A stretch of DNA of 63,872 nt, filler included, from Acidimicrobiia bacterium (GTDB taxonomy: Bacteria > Actinomycetota > Acidimicrobiia > Spongiisociales > CAZKJJ01), in assembly GCA_046759765.1 (NCBI GenBank). It is 9 parts of 9 records of this genome, joined end to end, with 100 filler letters (N's around TTAATTAATTAA, not from the genome) between each part and the next. Parts side by side here need not be neighbours in the genome. Positions count along the whole stretch, not along the records: positions 29,062 to 36,190 come from JBHICV010000131.1; positions 36,291 to 43,298 come from JBHICV010000132.1; 7 more parts are not named here. One strand, given 5' to 3'. The translations under genes and the position numbers were made by a program. Below are positions 28,962-39,971 of the stretch, in pieces. The notes below the pieces were generated by a model. That model searched no databases. It saw nothing but the letters and a program-made list of their open reading frames with translations, and was not told where the DNA came from. Numbering within the stretch: position 1 is the stretch's first letter; each line of letters begins with the position of its first letter.

Positions 28962-29061
28962 NNNNNNNNNNNNNNNNNNNNNNNNNNNNNNNNNNNNNNN
29001 NNNNNTTAATTAATTAANNNNNNNNNNNNNNNNNNNNNNNNNNNNNNNNNNNNNNNNNNNN
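28962..29061. other. Artificial contig spacer
   Basis: N44-TTAATTAATTAA-N44. Confidence 0.99.
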
Positions 29062-29600
29062 CTGAGGTATGCCTCCATCACCCGCTGGTAGCGATCGAGC
29101 GAAAAGATGAGCGTTATGTTGATCGAGATGCCTTCCGCAATGAGCGAGGCAACCGCAGGCACTCCCTCCTGGGTGGCCGGCACCTTGACGAGCAGGTTCG
29201 GACGATCGATCCGCTTCACCCACTCCCGCACCTCGGCCACAGTGCCCTCGGTATCGTGCGCCAGATCGGGCGAGACTTCCACCGACACGAGCCCGTCTCT
29301 TTGCCCAGAACGATCCCAGACCGGCCGGAGGACATCACAGGCTCCTTGGATGTCTTTGGTAATGAGCGCGGCGTAGATCTCGGGCGTCGACGCACCCTGA
29401 CGGGCCTCCCGGTCAAGCTGATCCGCGTACTCGTTCGAACCGAGGATCGCAGCCGCGAAGATGGTCGGATTGGACGTTACGCCGGTGACGTTCTGCGAGG
29501 CGACGCGGTCCGCCAGCTCACCCGAGACCAACAAATCCCGACCCAGATCATCGATCCAGATGCTTTGGCCGACGGCAGCCAGCGCGGCTAGTCGTGACAT
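29062..29600 (-). CDS. tal: Transaldolase, N-terminal part
   Basis: [36 protein letters not shown]. Confidence 0.95.
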
Positions 29601-29681
29601 TTCCCTAACTCAACCATATCCGTTCTCCGACCGTTCCGCCCGCGGGTAGGAAGGTCGAGGGGCCTTAGTAGGCTCCAAGAA

Positions 29682-30074
29682 ATGCCACGCCGGATTCTGA
29701 TCGCCAAGCCCGGCCTCGACGGACACGATCGCGGAGCCAAGGTCATCGCCCGGGCCTTGCGTGATGCCGGCAACGAGGTGATCTACTCCGGGCTTCACCA
29801 GACCCCCGAGCAGATCGTCGACACGGCTCTCCAAGAGGACGTTGTGGCAATCGGCCTCTCGGTCCTTTCGGGTGCTCACATGACTCTCTTCCCGAGGGTG
29901 GTAGAGCTACTACGAGAACGCGACGCCGCCGAGATCATCGTCTTCGGTGGGGGGATCATCCCTGACGAGGACATCGGGACTCTGCAAGAAGCCGGCCTTG
30001 CCGCCATCTTCACTCCCGGCGCGTCACTCACCGAGATCACGGACTGGGTGGCGAACAACATTCCGGAGCGCTGA
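29682..30074 (+). CDS. Cobalamin-binding small subunit of an acyl-CoA mutase (methylmalonyl-/isobutyryl-CoA mutase)
   Basis: [13 protein letters not shown] (DxHxxG), SVLSGAH, GGGIIP. Confidence 0.93.
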   Translation: MPRRILIAKPGLDGHDRGAKVIARALRDAGNEVIYSGLHQTPEQIVDTALQEDVVAIGLSVLSGAHMTLFPRVVELLRERDAAEIIVFGGGIIPDEDIGTLQEAGLAAIFTPGASLTEITDWVANNIPER

Positions 30075-30080
30075 GTCTGA

Positions 30081-31232
30081 GTGGACCTACTTGAGTATCA
30101 GGGAAAGACCCTGCTCGCCCGCGCCGGCGTCCCCACCCCCGAAGGACGCGTGGCGCAGACCCCGGATGAGGTTTGGATGGCCGCAGAGGAGATCGGCGGA
30201 CGCGTCGTCGTCAAAGCCCAGGTCCTGATTGGAGGCAGGGGTAAGGCAGGTGGGATCCAACTGGCGGAAGGGCCCGCCGAGGCCAAGTCACACGCGCAGA
30301 CGATCCTGGGGATGGATATCTCGGGACACACGGTTCACCGCGTATGGGTGGAGCCGGCGTCGGAAATCCGGGCGGAGTATTACGCCTCTTTCATGCTCGA
30401 CCGGTCCGCGCGCCGTCACTTGGGAATAGTCAGCGCCCGTGGAGGCGTGGACATCGAGGAAGTGGCCGCTTCCGATCCCGATGCGGTCGTGAAAGTGGGA
30501 ATCGATCCGGTTCTCGGTCTCGCCGCCTGGCAGGCAACCGAGCTCGTCTATCGGGCCGGTCTCGCCTCCGAAGCAGTGGCCGAGGCGGCTCAGACCTTGC
30601 ACCGACTGTACGAGGCCTTCGTGACATTCGACTGTGACCTGGTCGAGATCAATCCCCTCATACTCACCGGCGACGCAAGGATCGTGGCCCTCGATGCCAA
30701 GGTCACCCTCGACGACAGCGCTTTCTTCCGGCACCCTGATTTCGCTGAATTCTCCCTCGCCCACGAAGTCGATCCGATCGAGCGAATGGCTCGGGAGCGA
30801 GGGCTCAACTTCATCGCGCTGGATGGAGATATAGGCATCGTCGGCAACGGCGCCGGTTTGGTGATGTCGACGCTCGACGTTGTGTCCCTGGTCGGGGGCC
30901 GCGCCTCAAATTTCCTGGATGTAGGCGGCGGCGCCGGGGCGGACACGATCAGCAACGCCCTGGAGGTCCTGACCCAAGACAGCTCAGTAAAGGTGGTATT
31001 GGTGAACATCTTCGGGGGGATCACCCGCGGCGACCTTGTTGCACAGGGCATATTGGATGCCGTCGGGCGCATAGAGCTTCCCTGGCCGATAGTGGTACGG
31101 CTGGACGGAACAAATGCGGAGGAGGGTCGGGAAATCTTGGCCGATTCGGAGATCTCATCGCTGGTGAGCGCGGCCACCATGCGAGAGGCGGCCTCGGAGG
31201 CGGTCCGGATCGCAGCCGGGGAGTCGGACTGA
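30081..31232 (+). CDS. sucC: Succinyl-CoA synthetase beta subunit
   Basis: [29 protein letters not shown]. Confidence 0.96.
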   Translation: MDLLEYQGKTLLARAGVPTPEGRVAQTPDEVWMAAEEIGGRVVVKAQVLIGGRGKAGGIQLAEGPAEAKSHAQTILGMDISGHTVHRVWVEPASEIRAEYYASFMLDRSARRHLGIVSARGGVDIEEVAASDPDAVVKVGIDPVLGLAAWQATELVYRAGLASEAVAEAAQTLHRLYEAFVTFDCDLVEINPLILTGDARIVALDAKVTLDDSAFFRHPDFAEFSLAHEVDPIERMARERGLNFIALDGDIGIVGNGAGLVMSTLDVVSLVGGRASNFLDVGGGAGADTISNALEVLTQDSSVKVVLVNIFGGITRGDLVAQGILDAVGRIELPWPIVVRLDGTNAEEGREILADSEISSLVSAATMREAASEAVRIAAGESD

Positions 31233-32101
31233 TGGCCATCCTCGTCGACGAGACGTCGCGGGTGGTGGTCCAGGGGCTAACCGGCCGGGAGGGCCGCTTT
31301 CACGCTCTCCGCAACCGGGAGTACGGCACTCACGTCGTGGCCGGCACTCGGCCCGGCAAGGGCGGATCGCAGGTGGAGGATATCCCCATCTTCGACACGG
31401 TGGCAGAGGCCGTCTCGGAAACAGACGCCAACACGTCATTAGTGTTCGTCCCGCCGGCGGCCGGCGCGGACGCCATCCTCGAAGCGGGAGCTTCAGGGGT
31501 TCGCCTCATCGTCGTCATCACCGAGGGGATCCCCGCTCATGATGAAGCGAGAGTGTTCAACTATCTACGCCACACGTCGGATGCCGTTCTGATCGGACCC
31601 AACTGTCCCGGCTTGATCTCTCCCGGCCGCTCCAACGTTGGGATAATGCCGCCCGAGATCACGTTGCCGGGCTCGGTCGGAGTGGTGTCCCGCTCGGGCA
31701 CGCTCACCTATCAGGCCGTGCACGAGCTGACCGTCCGGGGAATAGGCCAGTCGACATGCGTCGGGATAGGAGGCGACCCGGTGCCCGGCACCAATTTTGT
31801 AGATACCCTCGAAATGTTCGAGGCCGACTCCGACACCGAGGCCGTGGTTCTCATTGGCGAGATCGGTGGAGACGCCGAGGAGCAGGCCGCCTCCTACATG
31901 ACCGGGAACGTCACCAAACCGGTGGTTGCCTACATCGCGGGAGTGACAGCCCCGCCCGGCAGGAGGATGGGTCATGCCGGTGCCATTGTCTCCGGGTCCC
32001 AGGGCACTGCCCAGGGCAAGATGGACGCTCTCCGTGAGGCCGGGGCGATCGTTTTGGAGGATCCCACCCAGATCGGCGAGGCGATGGCCTCGCTGCTCTG
32101 A
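31232..32101 (+). CDS. sucD: Succinyl-CoA synthetase alpha subunit
   Basis: [25 protein letters not shown]. Confidence 0.96.
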   Translation: MAILVDETSRVVVQGLTGREGRFHALRNREYGTHVVAGTRPGKGGSQVEDIPIFDTVAEAVSETDANTSLVFVPPAAGADAILEAGASGVRLIVVITEGIPAHDEARVFNYLRHTSDAVLIGPNCPGLISPGRSNVGIMPPEITLPGSVGVVSRSGTLTYQAVHELTVRGIGQSTCVGIGGDPVPGTNFVDTLEMFEADSDTEAVVLIGEIGGDAEEQAASYMTGNVTKPVVAYIAGVTAPPGRRMGHAGAIVSGSQGTAQGKMDALREAGAIVLEDPTQIGEAMASLL

Positions 32102-32209
32102 TTTTGGTGACGCCTACCCACCTATATTGTGAACCGCCGTCACCAAAACCTGTCGTCTTAGTTTTGGTGACGCCTATCGACCCACACGGTGAACTACCGT
32201 CACCAAAAC
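32102..32209. repeat. Tandem pair of REP-like palindromes (60-nt period)
   Basis: TTTTGGTGACG-N25-CGTCACCAAAA twice. Confidence 0.88.
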
Positions 32210-32219
32210 CTCGTGCGCC

Positions 32220-33563
32220 GTGTCAGACCTGATCATCCAGTCGCAGCGGGTGGTGCTCCCTGACGGGGTGCAGCCGGCCCGGCTGACCGTCCGGGATGGC
32301 CGCATCGCCGCGGTTGAGCCTTGGTCGCCTCCAAGGAAAACGGTTACCGACGTTGGCGACCGGGTCGTCATGGCCGGGCTTGTCGACTCGCATGTGCACA
32401 TCAACGAACCGGGTCGAGCTGACTGGGAGGGCTTCGAAACTGCCACTCAAGCGGCGGCGGCCGGGGGCGTAACGACGATCGTTGACATGCCGCTCAACTG
32501 CGTACCGCCGACACTCAGCGCGGCGGCATTGGCGGAAAAGTCAGCAGTGGCTACGAGCTCGGCATGGGTCGATATTGGTTTCTGGGGCGGAGTAGTTCCG
32601 GGCAATGCGAGCGACCTTCAGGGCCTGGTGGAAGCCGGCGTCCTCGGCTTCAAGTGTTTCCTCGTTGACAGCGCAGTGCCCGAGTTTCCTCCGATAAGCC
32701 TCGCCGAGTTGGCGGAGGTAATGCCGCGGTTGGCGCGCTGGGACACGCCTCTGCTGGTTCATGCCGAAGCTCCTGAGGTGATCGAGCGAGCGAACCGGCA
32801 GTTTCGTTCTCTGAGCTCGCAGGAAAGACGGAGCTACGCCGCCTACGCCGCCTCCCGGCCGGCCGAGGCAGAGGACCAGGCCGTGGAGCAACTTGTCGAG
32901 CTGGCCCGGAAGTATCAGGCACCCGTCCATGTGCTGCACGTGAGCTCGGCCGGCGTACTCCAAGCCGTGCGGGAAGCGAAAGCCGCTGGCCTGACCTTGA
33001 CAGCGGAGACCTGCCCCCACTACCTCACATTTGCAGCGGAGGAGATCACAGATGGCGCCACCGAGTTCAAATGTGCTCCTCCCATCCGCGACGCCGAGAA
33101 TCGCGAGCGGCTCTGGGACGGGTTGCGCAGGGGAGATCTCGATCTCGTAGTTTCCGATCACTCGCCCTGCCCTGCCCACCTCAAGGAGGGCGACTTCGAC
33201 CAAGCCTGGGGTGGCATCTCTTCGCTCCAGCTGAGACTGGCTGCCACCTGGACCGAAGCGCGGGCTCGCGGCGCGGGCATCGAGGACCTCGCCGACTGGC
33301 TTGCCGCCGGGCCCGCCCGGCTCGCCGGCCTGGCGCACAAGGGAGCGATCTCCGCAGGAAAGGATGCCGACCTGGTCATCTGGGATCCGGACGAAGTCTT
33401 CGTCGTAACAGAGGAGTCGCTTCTTCATCGTCATCCCCCTTGCCCGTATCTTGGACGTAGGCTCTACGGAGTCGTGGAGACCACCTTCGTTGGCGGAAAT
33501 CTGGTTTGGGACGGAGAGCTCCGTAGCCGCCCCGCCGGCCGGCTAATTGCGGGGCGATCGTGA
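32220..33563 (+). CDS. allB: Allantoinase
   Basis: DSHVHINEPGR.DWEGF, DMPLN, GFKCF, HAE, ETCPHY, KCAPPIR, SDHSP. Confidence 0.95.
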   Translation: MSDLIIQSQRVVLPDGVQPARLTVRDGRIAAVEPWSPPRKTVTDVGDRVVMAGLVDSHVHINEPGRADWEGFETATQAAAAGGVTTIVDMPLNCVPPTLSAAALAEKSAVATSSAWVDIGFWGGVVPGNASDLQGLVEAGVLGFKCFLVDSAVPEFPPISLAELAEVMPRLARWDTPLLVHAEAPEVIERANRQFRSLSSQERRSYAAYAASRPAEAEDQAVEQLVELARKYQAPVHVLHVSSAGVLQAVREAKAAGLTLTAETCPHYLTFAAEEITDGATEFKCAPPIRDAENRERLWDGLRRGDLDLVVSDHSPCPAHLKEGDFDQAWGGISSLQLRLAATWTEARARGAGIEDLADWLAAGPARLAGLAHKGAISAGKDADLVIWDPDEVFVVTEESLLHRHPPCPYLGRRLYGVVETTFVGGNLVWDGELRSRPAGRLIAGRS

Positions 33564-35044
33564 GGGACTTTTCAGGCCTGCCCGACCTCGCCTCGTCGCG
33601 GTTGGGGGGTGCGGTGGTCGGTGTCAACGACGAATTCTTCGCGCCCGCTGCCAATCTTCTCCAGCCGACCGCTCCCGAATTCAGGGAGGGTGAGTACACA
33701 GATCGCGGCAAGTGGATGGACGGGTGGGAGACGCGCCGCCGACGGGAACCCGGCCATGACTGGTGTGTCATCCGACTCGGCCTGCCGGGAGTGGTGAGAG
33801 CCATAACGGTGGACACCACTCACTTCGAAGGCAACTATCCGGACTCCTACTCGCTCGAGGGTTGCTTTCTCTCCGACGAGGAAGGAGAGACCGAGTCCTG
33901 GCCCTGGTTCGAACTGAGCCCCAAAACTTCGCTGGAGGGAGACACACCCAACGAGTTTGACATCGGACCTACCCCGCTCGTCAGCCACATACGTCTGAAC
34001 ATCCATCCGGACGGGGGCGTTGCCCGGCTCAGGGTCCACGGCTACCCAATACCGGACTGGGCGCACGCCGGCGCTGATCAAATCGATCTGGCCTCACACG
34101 CAGCAGGTGGCCTGGTCGTCGATTGCAGCGACAAGTTCTTCAGCTCGCCCTCCAATCTCCTCCTGCCCTCCGAAGCCCGGGGAATGTGGGACGGCTGGGA
34201 GACGCGTCGGCGTCGGGGCGAAGGCCATGACTGGGTCGTCGTGAAGCTCGGTGCTCACTCCAAGCTGTCGCACCTGACGGTCGATACCTCGTTCTTCAAA
34301 GGCAACGCTCCGGGGTCATGCTCGGTTGAGGGAGCCCTAGCCGTCGAAGGCGAGGAGGTGCCCTGGGTGGCGATCCTGTCCGAGAGCGCCCTGAAGGCTG
34401 ACTCGGTGAACGAATTTGCCCTCTCCGACGAGCCCGGGCCCTTCAGCCACGTCCGACTGAATATCATGCCCGACGGCGGGGTCGCCCGGTTCCGGGTCCT
34501 CGGCTCTATCGATGACGCCGAGCTTGAACGCAGGTCCGTGCAGCGGTTCAATCTGCTCCCGCTGGAAGCCGCTACCTCGGAGCTCTTGGCTTGCTGCGAG
34601 TCGGGGGTCTGGGCGGCTCGTGTTGCAGGCGAACGGCCGATGGCTTCGCTGGAGGAGCTGATCAAGGTGTCGGATGAGGCCTGGGAAGAGGCCGGCCCCG
34701 AGGAGTGGCTAGCGGCGGCCGACTCCCATCCACGGATCGGCGAGCGCTTCGAGGATGCCAAGACGTCGCGCTTTCGACTCTTCTCGGCTCGAGAGCAGGC
34801 GGCCGCCGGGGACGGGGACACCGAGACCATACGCCGGCTGTTGGACGGTCAGCAGGCCTATGAACACCAGTTCGGTCACCGCTTCATCGTGTTCGCCAGC
34901 GGCAAGTCTGCATCTGAGATCCTCGAGATCCTCGAAGAGAGGCTCTCGAACGACGCCGAAGCGGAGACCCTGATCACGGGCGAGGAACTCGCCAAGATCA
35001 CCCGCCTGCGGCTCAATCGATTGATAGTCGCCGAGGCGGCGTGA
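33560..35044 (+). CDS. alc: Allantoicase fused to C-terminal OHCU decarboxylase
   Basis: Two DGWETRRRR / PDGGVAR repeats, then ACC, HPRIG, SAREQ, YEHQFGHRFIV. Confidence 0.92.
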   Translation: MRDFSGLPDLASSRLGGAVVGVNDEFFAPAANLLQPTAPEFREGEYTDRGKWMDGWETRRRREPGHDWCVIRLGLPGVVRAITVDTTHFEGNYPDSYSLEGCFLSDEEGETESWPWFELSPKTSLEGDTPNEFDIGPTPLVSHIRLNIHPDGGVARLRVHGYPIPDWAHAGADQIDLASHAAGGLVVDCSDKFFSSPSNLLLPSEARGMWDGWETRRRRGEGHDWVVVKLGAHSKLSHLTVDTSFFKGNAPGSCSVEGALAVEGEEVPWVAILSESALKADSVNEFALSDEPGPFSHVRLNIMPDGGVARFRVLGSIDDAELERRSVQRFNLLPLEAATSELLACCESGVWAARVAGERPMASLEELIKVSDEAWEEAGPEEWLAAADSHPRIGERFEDAKTSRFRLFSAREQAAAGDGDTETIRRLLDGQQAYEHQFGHRFIVFASGKSASEILEILEERLSNDAEAETLITGEELAKITRLRLNRLIVAEAA

Positions 35045-35376
35045 GCGGAATCAGCACCCACGTACTGGACGTGGCGGCCGGAAGCCCGGCTGCCGGTATC
35101 CGCGTCATTTTGGAAAAGAGGTCAGGGGACCATTGGCGACAGGTGGGTTCGGGAGTGACCAACGGGGACGGCCGCATCGAGTCTCTGCTAGAGGGTGAGC
35201 TCGACGACAGGACGTACAGACTCTCCTTCCTGACTAGCAAATACCACGAGTCGCAAGGCCTCGATGCCTTCTTCCCGGAAGTGACGGTTACGTTCGAAGT
35301 CCGTGATTCGGGATCACATCATCACGTGCCCGTGCTGTTGAGCCCTCACGGCTACACGACCTATCGGGGAAGCTGA
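35041..35376 (+). CDS. uraH: 5-hydroxyisourate hydrolase
   Basis: ISTHVLD, DGR, HVPVLLSP, C-terminal YRGS. Confidence 0.96.
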   Translation: MSGISTHVLDVAAGSPAAGIRVILEKRSGDHWRQVGSGVTNGDGRIESLLEGELDDRTYRLSFLTSKYHESQGLDAFFPEVTVTFEVRDSGSHHHVPVLLSPHGYTTYRGS

Positions 35377-35402
35377 AGGGGCCCTCGTAGAGCGGGGGCT
35401 TG

Positions 35403-36190
35403 CTAGCCAGCACCTCGGCCGCGGGCGCGGGCCTGAACCGGTAACGGTGGGAGCATCCGTCGGAACGCGGCGGGTGCCAGGACGGTCGTCGTTATCGCCA
35501 GGAGGATGATGCTCGCCTGGAGACTGCTGTCGAGGACTCCGATCCGTACACCCAACTCAGCGACTGCGATGATGAGGCTGAGTCGAGCCGAGAGAAGAAC
35601 TCCGCCGGCCAGGACCTGCCTGAGTCGAAGCCGGTGAAGCAGGAACGTCAAGGAAGGGACGACCTTCACGACGATCGCAAACCCGATGAGTGCGAGAGTG
35701 GCGCCCAGGGCTCCTGGTTCCTGCATCGCTTCCAGGTCGAAGCGGATGCCGACGTTGATAAAGAACACGGGAATAAAGAATCCGTAGGAAAAACCAGCCA
35801 GCTTTTGGTCGAGTGCCCCGCGATTGCGAAATACGAGGCTGAAGACCGAACCCGCCAGGAACGCTCCGAGGATCGGTTCGATCCCGAACACAACCGACAG
35901 ACCCACGAAAACGAGCATCAAGGCAAGCGATGCCCGTATTCCGAGCTCATCCGGGTCGTCGATGTCGAACAGTCGCTCGAAACGAGCGGGATACCACCAC
36001 GCGGCCTGTCTGAGGGCGAGCAGCACCAAGGCGACGAGAATGAAGAAGGAAGGGATGAGCAGGATGTTCAGGCCTCCTCCGCTTTCCTCGATCAAGGCGA
36101 AGACGGTGACGCCAAGCAAGGTCAGAAAGTCGGCGACGAGGGCACTGATCAGAATTGCCTGCCCCAGAGTCGTGGCGATTCGTCTGGTGG
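35403..36190 (-). CDS. Cation:proton antiporter (CPA2-like), C-terminal fragment
   Basis: EPILGAFLAG, GFFIPVFFINVG, hydrophobic helices. Confidence 0.85.
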
Positions 36191-36290
36191 NNNNNNNNNN
36201 NNNNNNNNNNNNNNNNNNNNNNNNNNNNNNNNNNTTAATTAATTAANNNNNNNNNNNNNNNNNNNNNNNNNNNNNNNNNNNNNNNNNNNN
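36191..36290. other. Artificial contig spacer
   Basis: N44-TTAATTAATTAA-N44. Confidence 0.99.
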
Positions 36291-36417
36291 GCGTACACCG
36301 CCTCCGACTCTGGTACGACCCTGACAGCGTCCAGCAACTCAACTCTTGTCGGGCGAACTGCTGCAGCAGCGGGTCCGTTTCGATGACGGCGCCTCGCTGT
36401 TGAGCTATCATATGCCT

Positions 36418-38256
36418 ATGGCGCGTAGACAGCTTCACCGCAGCAGGGTCCTGCTTGTCGGTCTGTCTCGTGCCGGAGGCCCTCTGACCCTCCTCATCCT
36501 TGCGGCCGGAACGCTGCTCGCCCAGGGAGTGGCCACTCGAGGCGTCAAGCCGGTGCCGCGCGGCAAGCCCTCCGGGCTTCCATTCCACGCTCGATTCGTC
36601 GATGTCGCACTGCAGGCGGGGATTCGCGCACCCGTTATCTACGGCGAAGACGATCGTAAGGACTACATTCTGGAAACCATAGGGGGCGGCGCGGCCTGGT
36701 TCGATTTCGACAGCAATGGCTGGCTGGACTTATTGGTGCTCACGGGCACGCGCTTCAAGAACCCTCAGAAAGAGATTTCGAACCGTCTCTATCGAAACCT
36801 GGGCAACGGTACTTTCGAGGATGTCACCCACAGGACCGGTCTGATTCGAAGCGGATGGGCTTCGAGCGTGACCGTAGGAGATTATGACAACGACGGCGAC
36901 GAGGACCTGTTTCTCACGTACTGGGGCCAAAACGTGATGTATCGAAATAACGGAGACGGCACATTCTCAGACGTAACCAGGGATGCGGGGCTGCGAGGAG
37001 AGAAGGCTCGCTGGGGGGCGGGATCCACATTCGTCGACTACGACCGCGACGGCTGGCTGGACCTGTTTGTGTCCAACTATCTGCAGTTCGATTTGGAACG
37101 GACGCCGAGCAAGGGCAGCGGAGTGACATGCTATTGGAAGGGAGTGCCGGTGAACTGCGGCCCGCGCGGCCTGCCGATGGGAGAGCATTCACTCTACCGC
37201 AACCAGGGCGACGGGACCTTCCACGACGTCACGGAGGAGAGCGGCGTCGCTGGAGCCGGCCCGGGGTATGGGATGACCGCCGTAGCTGCCGACTTTGACC
37301 GCGACGGCTGGGTGGACATCTACGTGGCCTGCGACAGCACCCCCAGCCTCTTTTTCCGCAATAAACGGGACGGCACCTTCCAGGAAGAGGGTCTGGAACG
37401 CGGTGCCGCGTTGAGCGAAGACGGCATGGAGCAGGCTGGAATGGGAGTCGGAGTCGGAGACTACGACCTCGACGGCGATCTGGACCTGTTCAAGACGCAC
37501 TTTTCCGACGACACGAATGTGCTGTACCGCAATGACGGCAAGGGAAACTTCGAGGATGCGACGATGCAGGCGGGGCTTGGAGTGGAAACGCGGTTTGTCG
37601 GTTGGGGTGCGGCGATTGCGGACCTCGACAACGACGGGTTCCCGGATCTCTTCTATGTGACAGGCAGCGTATACCCCGAGGTCGAAAGGGAGCTGCCCCA
37701 CTATCCGTACAAGACCCCGAACGTCGTCTTCCGCAACCTCGGCAATGGACAGTTCGAAGAGTTGATCGAAGAGGCCGGCCCGGGGGTGGCAGCGGCCCAT
37801 TCCAGTCGGGGGGCGGCCTTCGGCGATTACGACAACGATGGCGACATCGATGTGCTGGTTATAAACCTAAATGAACCGCCGTCGCTACTGCGAAATGAAT
37901 TCTCCGGAAAGGGCCATTGGGTTAAAGTCGCGTTAGTGGGGGCTCAGGGTCGGTCCAATCGGAGCGCTATCGGCGCGCAGGTGACGGTAAAGTACGGTGA
38001 CCACATACAGACACGAGCGGTGCTGGCTCAATCGAGTTTCTACTCTGTCGACGACCGGCGGCTACATTTCGGCTTGGGCCGGGTCGATCGCGTAGATCTG
38101 GAGGTGCGCTGGCCTTCGGGCGCTCAGGAGGCCTACAGCGGCCTGGATGTGGATCGGTTGATCGAGATACACGAGGGTAGGGGCATAGCCGGAAGCCAGC
38201 GCCCGCGCCGGAGTGCACATCCGAGCTCTGCACGACAAGGTCAAGGACGAAGATGA
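36418..38256 (+). CDS. CRTAC1-family protein (FG-GAP repeats plus ASPIC/UnbV domain)
   Basis: Many DYDNDGDxD repeats; NRSAIGA, LHFGLG, RWPSG. Confidence 0.92.
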   Translation: MARRQLHRSRVLLVGLSRAGGPLTLLILAAGTLLAQGVATRGVKPVPRGKPSGLPFHARFVDVALQAGIRAPVIYGEDDRKDYILETIGGGAAWFDFDSNGWLDLLVLTGTRFKNPQKEISNRLYRNLGNGTFEDVTHRTGLIRSGWASSVTVGDYDNDGDEDLFLTYWGQNVMYRNNGDGTFSDVTRDAGLRGEKARWGAGSTFVDYDRDGWLDLFVSNYLQFDLERTPSKGSGVTCYWKGVPVNCGPRGLPMGEHSLYRNQGDGTFHDVTEESGVAGAGPGYGMTAVAADFDRDGWVDIYVACDSTPSLFFRNKRDGTFQEEGLERGAALSEDGMEQAGMGVGVGDYDLDGDLDLFKTHFSDDTNVLYRNDGKGNFEDATMQAGLGVETRFVGWGAAIADLDNDGFPDLFYVTGSVYPEVERELPHYPYKTPNVVFRNLGNGQFEELIEEAGPGVAAAHSSRGAAFGDYDNDGDIDVLVINLNEPPSLLRNEFSGKGHWVKVALVGAQGRSNRSAIGAQVTVKYGDHIQTRAVLAQSSFYSVDDRRLHFGLGRVDRVDLEVRWPSGAQEAYSGLDVDRLIEIHEGRGIAGSQRPRRSAHPSSARQGQGRR

Positions 38257-39710
38257 GAGGCTGGTGTCAGATCCTATGCCTGAGCGCTCTCACCCTCACG
38301 ATCGCTGCACAGCAGCCCAGTCCCGGAGAAGCTGAGGCAATTCAGGCGCTGCGCGCACAGCGGTACGAGGAGGCCCTGGCGTCGCTGGAAGGGCTGTTGC
38401 AGCGGCATCCGAACGACCCCCGCCTGTGGACCCTGCGTGGGATGGCCCTGTCCGGCCTCGGCCGGCCCGCGCAGAGTATCGCGTCCTACGAAGAGGCACT
38501 GAAGCGGCAGTCAGACTATCTGCCAGCCCTACAGGGAGCCGCGGACGTCGAGTTTCGAACCGGCCGGCCGCAAGCGCGGGAGCGACTCGAGAGGATCGTG
38601 TTGCTGGAACCGGACAATCGGACAGCCCAGGCCATGCTCGGTGAATTGGCGTACCGCCGTCGGGACTGCCCTGTGGCTGTCCGATACTTCGACAAGAGCG
38701 GCGACGCAGTTGAAGCCGACCCCGTAGTGCTTCGGCACTACGCTCATTGCCTCTTTGTTGTTCGTCGCCCGGCCGAGGCGGCACCAGCGTTCCGGCGACT
38801 TGTATCGCTACGGCCCGACGACGACGCCTTGCGATACAACCTGGGATTGTCCCTTTTCGAGGCAGGTAGGCACACCGAGGCTGCTGAGACTTTGCTGCCG
38901 CTGGTCAGTGAGAGCCAACCTGAACCCGATGTGCTGAGTCTGCTGGCGGATGCCCAACGGGCCGCCCTCGACACCCCGGGAGCCGTTGCCACCTTGCAGA
39001 AGTCCATCCGTCTCTATCCGCGCGGAGAGAGGTTCTACCTTCAGCTCGCGGAGCTCTGCATGGAGCACAGTTCCTACGACCTTGGCCTGGAGGTGACGGA
39101 GATCGGGGTAAAGAATCTGCCGGATTCCTCCAGCATCCTGACCATGCACGGGATCCTTCTGGCTCAGCTCGGTTTTTATGAAAAGGCCGAGGCCGCCTTC
39201 GAGCAGGCGGCCTTTCTGGACCCGGGGGAACAGGCAGCCACCCTGAGTCTTTCATTGACCCTCCAGCGTACGGGTCGCGTTGAGGAATCGATTGATGTCC
39301 TGCGGGATCGTGTGCGAAATAGCCCTGAGGACGAGGTGGCCGCCTTCTTCTTAGGGCAGGCCCTGATCCGCAAGGGTATTACCCCGAAGGATGAAGAATT
39401 CGTGGAAGCACGATCTGCCCTGGAGCGCTCGGCGGCTGCTCTGCCCAACGAGGCCTCTCCCCGCGTGGAGTTGGGGAAACTCTACTTAAAGGAAGGGCAG
39501 GTTCAGCGAGCGATCGAAGTTCTAGGCGAGGCGGTCGAGCTGGCCCCCTCGAACCGGCGGGCAACGTATCAGTTGATGATCGCACTGCGTCGGGCAGGTC
39601 GGAACAAGGAGGCGGCCGACTTGGCCAGCCAAGTCCGACAGCAACTCCAACGGGACAAGCAAGACGAAGTCCGGCGAAACCGTTATCGGCTCGTCAAGTC
39701 CGAGCCCTGA
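38253..39710 (+). CDS. Secreted tetratricopeptide-repeat protein
   Basis: Signal peptide and repeated TPR-type helices. Confidence 0.88.
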   Translation: MRGWCQILCLSALTLTIAAQQPSPGEAEAIQALRAQRYEEALASLEGLLQRHPNDPRLWTLRGMALSGLGRPAQSIASYEEALKRQSDYLPALQGAADVEFRTGRPQARERLERIVLLEPDNRTAQAMLGELAYRRRDCPVAVRYFDKSGDAVEADPVVLRHYAHCLFVVRRPAEAAPAFRRLVSLRPDDDALRYNLGLSLFEAGRHTEAAETLLPLVSESQPEPDVLSLLADAQRAALDTPGAVATLQKSIRLYPRGERFYLQLAELCMEHSSYDLGLEVTEIGVKNLPDSSSILTMHGILLAQLGFYEKAEAAFEQAAFLDPGEQAATLSLSLTLQRTGRVEESIDVLRDRVRNSPEDEVAAFFLGQALIRKGITPKDEEFVEARSALERSAAALPNEASPRVELGKLYLKEGQVQRAIEVLGEAVELAPSNRRATYQLMIALRRAGRNKEAADLASQVRQQLQRDKQDEVRRNRYRLVKSEP

Positions 39711-39971
39711 TTCATGGATTCAAGGACGATTTCCTAGAAAAACAGCGGGTCTTCCCGGCGCTCCCGAGAGACAGGACCTTGCCTCCCAAGCGCCAAGATA
39801 GGGCGCTCGTTGCAGCATTCTGGCATGCTCTATCTCTTGAAAAGACTTTGTGAAGTCTGCACGAGTACATGGAGGCGACCAACGCAACTTTTTTGCCTGA
39901 GCCCGGGATGATCATTTGTTTGACAGGCCCCCCACGATCTAGTAGTTTGGATGTCGCAGAGGAGGGCAGCC

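Noticed and set aside
32102..32209. CRISPR array
   Set aside because: Only two units per site, the inner sequences resemble each other, each unit is an inverted repeat, and no cas genes are present
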